Assembly (NCBI GenBank): GCA_040389185.1
Contig: JAZKAJ010000007.1
Span: 5,127-69,126, forward strand
DNA: 64,000 nucleotides
Direction: 5' to 3'
Source: Patescibacteria group bacterium
GTDB lineage: Bacteria > Patescibacteriota > Minisyncoccia > Phycocordibacterales > CAIRYW01
Part shown: positions 58,371 through 64,000 of the stretch, in pieces
How the letters are laid out: the number at the start of each line of letters is the position of its first letter
Numbering within the stretch: position 1 is the stretch's first letter
Notes under the pieces: model-generated
What the model was told of the DNA's origin: nothing
Databases searched by the model: none
What the model saw: only the letters and a program-made list of their open reading frames with translations
Made by a program: the position numbers and the translations under genes

Positions 58371-59300
58371 TTATTTATTCTTTGTTACCCCATGCCCTCC
58401 AAATTGTTTTCGAAGAAGCGAAACGATTTTATTTGAAAATTTATCTTGGTTTTTTGGGTCACTCGATTCCTTGCGTACATTGAGCGCATCTTCGATCACT
58501 CTCACATCTACTCCAAATTCCTTTCCAGTATTTACAGTCCATGCACCCTCACCTGTCGCGTTGATAAACCCATTTGTCTTTTTGATATTTTCTGTTTCAA
58601 AAATATTTCGACAGAGATCAATAAGCCAGCTCCGAACAACAGATCCTTGCTGATACACTCTTGTGACATCTTTGAGATTAAGCTTAAATGGACCAGCATT
58701 GAGTACTGCATACCCTTCTCCAATCGCTTCCATCATTCCATATTCAATTCCGTTATGCACCATTTTAGTGAAATGTCCTGCACCTGATTTTCCAAGATAT
58801 GCATAATTATCTCCCGAAGAAAGAGTCTTGAATATTGGTTCGACAATATTCCATTTTTGTTTTGGTCCACCTACCATAAGCGCGAAACCATTCTTTTCAC
58901 CCCATACTCCACCTGATGTTCCAGAGTCAAAATAATAGATACCTTTTTTTGCCAATTTTTCCCCTCGCACCATTGTCTCCTTATAAAAAGAATTCCCTCC
59001 ATCAATTACAATGTCCCCCTTCTTAAGATATTTTCCTATTCCATTTTCTCCAAAAATAAATTTGTCGACAGTATCATGAGGAAGCATGATCCAATAGACA
59101 CTTTTTTCAGATCTTGATTTAGTCATCACCTCCTCAAGATTTGTTGTTCCGAATATTTTACTCTTTTTGATCTCTATTATTTTGTCTTCTCCCCGATTCC
59201 AAGCGAGCACTTTAAATTTATTCTTATGAAGTCGTCTTGCTATCTGTGCACCCATCTTTCCTAATCCAAAAATTGTTACTGTAGGTTTATTGTTTGCCAT
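58371..59300 (-). CDS. gnd: 6-phosphogluconate dehydrogenase (decarboxylating), short gnd-like form
   Basis: N-terminal Rossmann TIFGLGKMGAQIARRL plus the 6PGD catalytic region (...GGPK...FTKMVHNGIEYGMM...). Confidence 0.8.
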   Translation of the reverse strand: MANNKPTVTIFGLGKMGAQIARRLHKNKFKVLAWNRGEDKIIEIKKSKIFGTTNLEEVMTKSRSEKSVYWIMLPHDTVDKFIFGENGIGKYLKKGDIVIDGGNSFYKETMVRGEKLAKKGIYYFDSGTSGGVWGEKNGFALMVGGPKQKWNIVEPIFKTLSSGDNYAYLGKSGAGHFTKMVHNGIEYGMMEAIGEGYAVLNAGPFKLNLKDVTRVYQQGSVVRSWLIDLCRNIFETENIKKTNGFINATGEGAWTVNTGKEFGVDVRVIEDALNVRKESSDPKNQDKFSNKIVSLLRKQFGGHGVTKNK

Positions 59301-59311
59301 ATCTCTTAAAA

Positions 59312-59932
59312 TTAATTTTTATTAATAATGATCACTTGTCCATCTAGTAGAGTCTTATAAAGAATCTTCTTTTCTTCAAGATAATTAACAACTTTTTCTA
59401 TCGCCTCAGATTCTTCATGTCCTGAACGATAATGAGGAGCGATCGAGTAATCAATAAGATCTAGTCCTTCCCAAACTATACCAGATTCATAAATTCTTCT
59501 GACAGCTAGAGCATCATCCACCAATTCAAACCCTTCCAATGTTTTTCCTGCTACTACACTTCCAGCACTGTATCCTCCATACACAAAATTAGGATCTTTG
59601 CCCATTTCTTTAATAACAATATCAAATTCACTATCGCGCATGATTCGACGTAAAAGAAATACGTTCCCACCCATAACCCATACTCCATTATACTTTTTAA
59701 ATTCAGTCATTAAATCCGATCGATTCTTGAAATCTCTCAAATCAACCTCTGTTCCTTTAACACCAATTTTATTTAGATTATTTAACTCTTCTATTATTCT
59801 ACTTTTTCTTTCTGAACTGGAAAGATAATCCTGTGCATTCAATATTACAGCAATATTTGGTTGCGCTGTAAATAAGGATACAAATTTTTGAGGATCTTCA
59901 CCAAAATCATGTGATGATAAATAGAGTTTCAT
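59312..59932 (-). CDS. peptidase S51 family protein (dipeptidase E-like), second copy in the window
   Basis: ...VWVMGGNVFLL...GGYSAGSVVAG... matches the S51 nucleophile context. Embedded between zwf and gnd. Confidence 0.5.
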   Translation of the reverse strand: MKLYLSSHDFGEDPQKFVSLFTAQPNIAVILNAQDYLSSSERKSRIIEELNNLNKIGVKGTEVDLRDFKNRSDLMTEFKKYNGVWVMGGNVFLLRRIMRDSEFDIVIKEMGKDPNFVYGGYSAGSVVAGKTLEGFELVDDALAVRRIYESGIVWEGLDLIDYSIAPHYRSGHEESEAIEKVVNYLEEKKILYKTLLDGQVIIINKN

Positions 59933-59938
59933 AAAGAA

Positions 59939-61123
59939 TTAAATAATGAAATTGGGTCCATTACCTTTCTTATACAATACCAAAGGCGTACTACCCATAT
60001 TTTCTCTCACTTCATCTGCGAGACGCCAAAGAGCAAGTAATTCTTCTTTGCCTACAAATGTATTCATATCTCCTTTGAAAGCAGATTCAATCACTGCTTC
60101 ATAAGCATTGTAGTGTTTCGGTATATCAATGTTAAATACAAATTTCTCACCATCATTAAACTCGATTTCGACCTCTTCTTTTCTTTCATCTATTTCAAGT
60201 GCTTTTCCTGCTTCAATCACAATCTCAATATCTGTAAATTTTGGAAGAAGACTTTGTAATCCTAATCTAAAATAAGTTTCTGTCACTGATTCTGAGGCGA
60301 CTCCTTTCTCTTCTTTATATCCTTCATATTGTGCACGGATAAGACTTCGTGGCATATATTGTAGAGACTCGATCACATCCTTGCGCGCCGTACTTTGGTC
60401 ATTCCCTAACTCCATAAGTAGTGTCGCCACTATTTCAAGCACATGGTTTTGACCCACATCAATAAATGCACCCACTTTGTCATAGAATTCTCCTCGCCCT
60501 TGAATATCAATCACTTCTCTGAGTCGACAGACTATTCTTGAAACATGTTCATTATTTAATTTTGATTCAAATACAGGATCTGCGTTTCGTTTATTTATGA
60601 TTTCTCGAAGCCCGACTTTTCCCAGATAATGATCAATTCGAAGAATTTCTTTCTCTTCAAAAAAATTCTCAATTAGGTTTTCGAGAGATTCCGCAGATTC
60701 AAGACTATTTCCAAAAGGCTTCTCAATAAGGATTTTCCCTTTGAGGCCAGCCTTACCAAGACCTTTTACAATGTCCGCATATGCATTTGGTAGTACCGCA
60801 AGATAGTAGAATACTTCACCTACTCCGATTTCTGATTTTAGTTTTTCATAAGACCCTGAATCTTCAAATGAACCATTTACAAAAACTACATGCTCAAGAA
60901 AATCCTGAACAGTACCCTCATCAAATTTCGAGAGTGACGGTTTGATAAAATTTCTATATTCATCATCACCCCACTCTCTTCTCCCAAAAGCAATTATTTT
61001 TGAAGCGTTGTTTGGTTCATTTTTTTGAAACAATGCGCAGAGTGCTGGTATGATTTTAATTTGTGCCAGGTTTCCTGTTGCCCCAAACAACACATATGTA
61101 ATTGGATGAATATTATCTACCAT
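59939..61123 (-). CDS. zwf: glucose-6-phosphate 1-dehydrogenase (short form)
   Basis: N-terminal NADP site FGATGNLA, and the catalytic RIDHYLGK motif. Confidence 0.85.
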   Translation of the reverse strand: MVDNIHPITYVLFGATGNLAQIKIIPALCALFQKNEPNNASKIIAFGRREWGDDEYRNFIKPSLSKFDEGTVQDFLEHVVFVNGSFEDSGSYEKLKSEIGVGEVFYYLAVLPNAYADIVKGLGKAGLKGKILIEKPFGNSLESAESLENLIENFFEEKEILRIDHYLGKVGLREIINKRNADPVFESKLNNEHVSRIVCRLREVIDIQGRGEFYDKVGAFIDVGQNHVLEIVATLLMELGNDQSTARKDVIESLQYMPRSLIRAQYEGYKEEKGVASESVTETYFRLGLQSLLPKFTDIEIVIEAGKALEIDERKEEVEIEFNDGEKFVFNIDIPKHYNAYEAVIESAFKGDMNTFVGKEELLALWRLADEVRENMGSTPLVLYKKGNGPNFII

Positions 61124-61126
61124 AAC

Positions 61127-61597
61127 TTAATTTAACTTAACCTCATTCCTCGTATCGACATGATGTCCATTAATTTTTATATCATCATTTACCCACAATC
61201 TTTCTGGTGTAAATTTATACACCCTTCGAGGACTTATACCGATAAAATCTTTCGCACTTTTTGTTTCTTTATTTTTTCGCGCATAGAAAATTTTAAGTGC
61301 AAAAGTAATTTTATCTTCATCATTTACTACCTCTGCTTTCCCTTGCATATACACACCCTCACCAGTCCCTTCCTTTGCATTTGGTGAATATATAACCGCA
61401 AACACCTTATGGTTAAATTCAATATTTTTTGAATGCTCAGAATCAGGGCTAGAAATCCAATAAAAATTGTAATCATTATCGTAGGCTGTATACACTGGGG
61501 AATTCCACGGATTGCCCTCCTTAGATACAGTTGCAAGAGTGATATAAATCACTTCTTCAATAATTTCTTTTGCCCTTTTAGCCCTCAATTCATTCAT
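61127..61597 (-). CDS. pyridoxamine 5'-phosphate oxidase-like FMN-binding protein (general stress protein 26 family)
   Basis: ...ITLATVSKEGNPWNSPVYTAYDNDYNFYWISSPDSEHSKNI... typical of the PNPOx-like split-barrel. Confidence 0.7.
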   Translation of the reverse strand: MNELRAKRAKEIIEEVIYITLATVSKEGNPWNSPVYTAYDNDYNFYWISSPDSEHSKNIEFNHKVFAVIYSPNAKEGTGEGVYMQGKAEVVNDEDKITFALKIFYARKNKETKSAKDFIGISPRRVYKFTPERLWVNDDIKINGHHVDTRNEVKLN

Positions 61598-61598
61598 T

Positions 61599-62354
61599 TT
61601 ATTGATTATCCCCTTTTATCATTTTGATCGCCTCAGAAACAGTTGTCATGAATTGCGCTGGGAAAATAATTGTTGAATTTTTCTCTACACTAATTTCAGA
61701 CATGGTCTGCAACGTTCGAAGCTGTAGTGCGACAGGATGCGCTGCAATAATATCTGCCGCTTCTCCAAGTTTTACCGCTGCCTGGAATTCACCTTCTGCT
61801 GCCACGATTTTTGCACGTCTTTCTCGTTCTGCCTCAGCTTCTTTTGCCATTGCTCGCTGCATATTTTCTGGAAGAGAAATATCCTTGATCTCAACTGCAG
61901 TCACCTGAACTCCCCAAGGTTCTGTATGAGAATCAATAACGTCTTTAATTTTTGAATTAATATCGAGCGTTTGTGAAAGAATCTCATCGAGTTTGAATTG
62001 CCCAATAACATTTCGCACCGTTGTCTGACTGATCTGATTAACCGCACTGTACACATCCTCAATTGCTACGACAGATTTTTGCGCATCAACAATCTTGTAA
62101 TATGCAACAGCAGCGATATCAATAGACACATTATCTTTTGTAATAATTTTCTGAGATGGAATATTCATAGTGATTGTTCGAAGCGCAACCTTTGTCATCT
62201 GCTCAAGGATTGGAACAAGGATAATGAGTCCAGGACCTCGTACTCCCACACATTTACCCAAGAAAAAGACCACGCCCCGATCATATTCTTTGACCACCCG
62301 AAGAGAGAGTGAAAGTAAAACAACAAATACTGCAATACCGATATATAAAATCAT
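61599..62354 (-). CDS. SPFH/band-7 (stomatin/prohibitin-like) membrane protein
   Basis: N-terminal TM helix then [15 protein letters not shown]...PGLIILVP...[13 protein letters not shown]... SPFH core and a coiled-coil tail. Confidence 0.85.
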   Translation of the reverse strand: MILYIGIAVFVVLLSLSLRVVKEYDRGVVFFLGKCVGVRGPGLIILVPILEQMTKVALRTITMNIPSQKIITKDNVSIDIAAVAYYKIVDAQKSVVAIEDVYSAVNQISQTTVRNVIGQFKLDEILSQTLDINSKIKDVIDSHTEPWGVQVTAVEIKDISLPENMQRAMAKEAEAERERRAKIVAAEGEFQAAVKLGEAADIIAAHPVALQLRTLQTMSEISVEKNSTIIFPAQFMTTVSEAIKMIKGDNQ

Positions 62355-62468
62355 ATATTTATACTAATTATTAAGTATAGGAATTATAACATATTCAAAC
62401 CGCCCCGTTGCCACGGGGCGGTAGGGCGTTCTGTATTTAAACACTGAAGCGGAGTCAAAGTATTTTTT

Positions 62469-62534
62469 GAAAAGACTTCGCAGGCGGGTAGCCGAGACCG
62501 AGCAAAAATTCAGCAGAATTTTATGCGTGCTTTT
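62469..62534 (-). repeat. Copy B of the conserved bipartite 3' element, immediately 3' of guaA
   Basis: The minus sense AAGCACGCAUAAAAUUCUGCUGAAUUUUUGCUCGGUCUCGGCUACCCGCCUGCGAAGUCUUUUC is nearly identical to plus-sense 401-461. Confidence 0.55.
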
Positions 62535-62559
62535 CAAAATGTACTTTGCGGAGCTTTTT

Positions 62560-64000
62560 TCACCCCCATTCAATAGTAGAAGGTGGTTTATCTGAAACTC
62601 GATATGTTACAGCACCAACAGCTCGAACCTCATTTGTAATTCTTTGAGAAACTTTTCGAAGGAATTCATAAGGTAATTCTGCAAACTGCGCTGTAAATCC
62701 ATTCACACTCCAAACCGCCCAGAGAGCAACAACAACACCTTGTGATGCGTCATCACCCTTGGTACATGTGATCATTGAATTAGTTACTACCGCTCCAGCC
62801 TGCCAGACAGTTTCATATATTTTAGCTTTTCGAAGTTCTTCAACATAAATACCATCAATATGTCGTGCAATAAGGAGATTGTCTTTTGTAACCTCTCCTT
62901 CAATTCGAACAACAAGCCCAGGTCCTGGAAATGGATGGCGAACCAAAAGCTCCTCTCTGACCCCAATTGCTCTTCCGATATCTCTTGCCCCATCTTTGAC
63001 ACAATCAGCAAGTGGCATTAATTCAGGGACAGAAAAACCAAGATTAGTATTGTGATGAAGCTTGATCTGCGCTCGTCTTGCACCATCGTGTCCCACCCCA
63101 CTCTCTGAGAGATCAGTATAGAGAGTTCCTTGTGCAATAAATTCTGCACCAAACTCTTTTACTTCTTGTTCCAATACTTCCTTATACACCTCCCTCATTG
63201 CCAATCTCTTTTCTGGCATCATGATCTTACCCTTGAGAACATCAAGAAATTTTTCTGTTGCATCCACCACCTTAACCTGGAGCCACGATTCGTTTTCAAA
63301 ATTATCCAGAACACTTTTTTCATCGTCGGGTCGATCAATCCCTTTGATATATATAGCCATTACTTTACCACTTGTTTCTCCCAATGCTTTACGAATAAGT
63401 CCCGCAACAACTGATGAATCGCAACCGCCCGAAAGAGCAATGAGCACCTTTTTGTCTCCCACAGTTTCTTTTATTTCCTTTATTTTTCTTTCTGCAATAT
63501 TTTCCGCTGGAAATCTATCCTTTGCTTTACATATCTCGAAACAGAAATTCTCAAATATCTTTATTCCATTTTCACTCTCGGTTGTTTCTGGATGAAACTG
63601 TACACCATAAAGATTTTTATATTTAGCCGCAGAAACCGGAGCATCGTCTGTGGTGCCTAATACTTCGAATTTTTCATATGGTTCAATCCTGTCTCCATGA
63701 CTCTCAAGTACTTTGGTTGTCTCTCCAAATCCTTTAAAAAGTGAGTCATTATTTTGAATATGAAGTGTATGTACACCAAACTCCCTCTTATTGGCTCCCA
63801 CAACCGTAGCTCCTATATAGTGCGCCCATAATTGAAATCCGAGACAGACACCGAGCACAGGGATTTCTAGATCAAAAATTTTAGAATCAAATGGCACACC
63901 CCCTTCTTCATAAACAGATGCAGGTCCTCCAGAAAGAACAATTCCGATTGGATTAATTTTTTTAATGTCTTCCACAGTTAAAGATCGAGGGTCTGCCACA
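62560..64000 (-). CDS. guaA: GMP synthase (glutamine-hydrolysing), partial: N-terminus beyond window end
   Basis: GATase region (...GVCLGFQ...GVQFHPE), ATP-PPase SGGCDSSV, and the C-terminal dimerisation domain ending ...PPSTIEWG followed by a TGA stop. Confidence 0.9.
   Translation of the reverse strand, partial: VADPRSLTVEDIKKINPIGIVLSGGPASVYEEGGVPFDSKIFDLEIPVLGVCLGFQLWAHYIGATVVGANKREFGVHTLHIQNNDSLFKGFGETTKVLESHGDRIEPYEKFEVLGTTDDAPVSAAKYKNLYGVQFHPETTESENGIKIFENFCFEICKAKDRFPAENIAERKIKEIKETVGDKKVLIALSGGCDSSVVAGLIRKALGETSGKVMAIYIKGIDRPDDEKSVLDNFENESWLQVKVVDATEKFLDVLKGKIMMPEKRLAMREVYKEVLEQEVKEFGAEFIAQGTLYTDLSESGVGHDGARRAQIKLHHNTNLGFSVPELMPLADCVKDGARDIGRAIGVREELLVRHPFPGPGLVVRIEGEVTKDNLLIARHIDGIYVEELRKAKIYETVWQAGAVVTNSMITCTKGDDASQGVVVALWAVWSVNGFTAQFAELPYEFLRKVSQRITNEVRAVGAVTYRVSDKPPSTIEWG

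Noticed and set aside
62560-62562. Alternative genetic code (UGA reassigned to Gly, as in some CPR lineages)
   Set aside because: guaA terminates with TGA at the expected C-terminus (...TIEWG*). A bona fide RF2 (SPF motif) is encoded. Other genes use TAA/TAG without in-frame TGA problems. The standard code 11 fits.

Overview
This 64 kb window is low-GC (about 35%) and densely coded, mostly on the minus strand. The mix of shortened housekeeping proteins (ThrRS 584 aa, PheS 234 aa, EF-Ts ~195 aa, G6PDH 394 aa) and many large secreted/surface proteins resembles a reduced-genome, CPR/Patescibacteria-like bacterium; that placement is inference only. TGA is used as a stop codon (guaA end) and RF2 is present, so the genetic code is standard.

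Recognisable genes: dnaE (3' end), thrS, gyrB, pheT, pheS, tsf, rpsB, pyrG, ftsX, ftsE, prfB, rsmG and guaA (partial). There is an oxidative pentose-phosphate operon (zwf, gnd-like, pgl). Three tRNAs are present: Thr-UGU, Gln-CUG and Thr-GGU. Envelope and surface genes include a sortase, a CARDB-repeat protein, a 1261-aa Gly-rich/collagen-like protein with a C-terminal peptidoglycan-binding domain, IPT/PKD and FN3 proteins, two tandem M14 carboxypeptidases, three GT2 glycosyltransferases, a DedA protein and an MscS channel.

The most unusual signals are non-coding:
(i) A family of 5' leader structures upstream of thrS, gyrB, pheS, rsmG and an FAD oxidoreductase. In each, a distal arm (consensus (G)AUCCCGUUCGARAU or CUUGUCCCGUUA) lies 65-160 nt upstream and pairs with a proximal arm ending ...CGGGAUG that contains the start codon. 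The arms show compensatory changes between copies.
(ii) Two families of conserved GC-rich 3' terminator modules, GCACCGCGGCUACGCCGCGGUGC in five copies and a bipartite ~65-nt element in three copies. Both families show covarying stems.
(iii) A second conserved intergenic repeat, two copies, upstream of a small membrane protein and an ECF sigma/anti-sigma pair.
(iv) A highly structured GC-rich segment next to tRNA-Thr that may be an unannotated ncRNA.

On the protein side, the candidate system is a tandem array of three paralogs that each carry the PEP-utilizer swivelling phospho-histidine domain. One is a full-length rifampin-phosphotransferase/PEP-synthase-like enzyme (ATP-grasp + His domain); the other two lack the ATP-grasp domain. 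The array is divergently coupled to a GC-rich (about 52%) island encoding a weak histidine-phosphatase-like protein. Two further GC-rich islands encoding Pro/Arg-rich small ORFs suggest horizontal acquisition from a high-GC donor.

No CRISPR array, rRNA or recognisable transposase/integrase was found.
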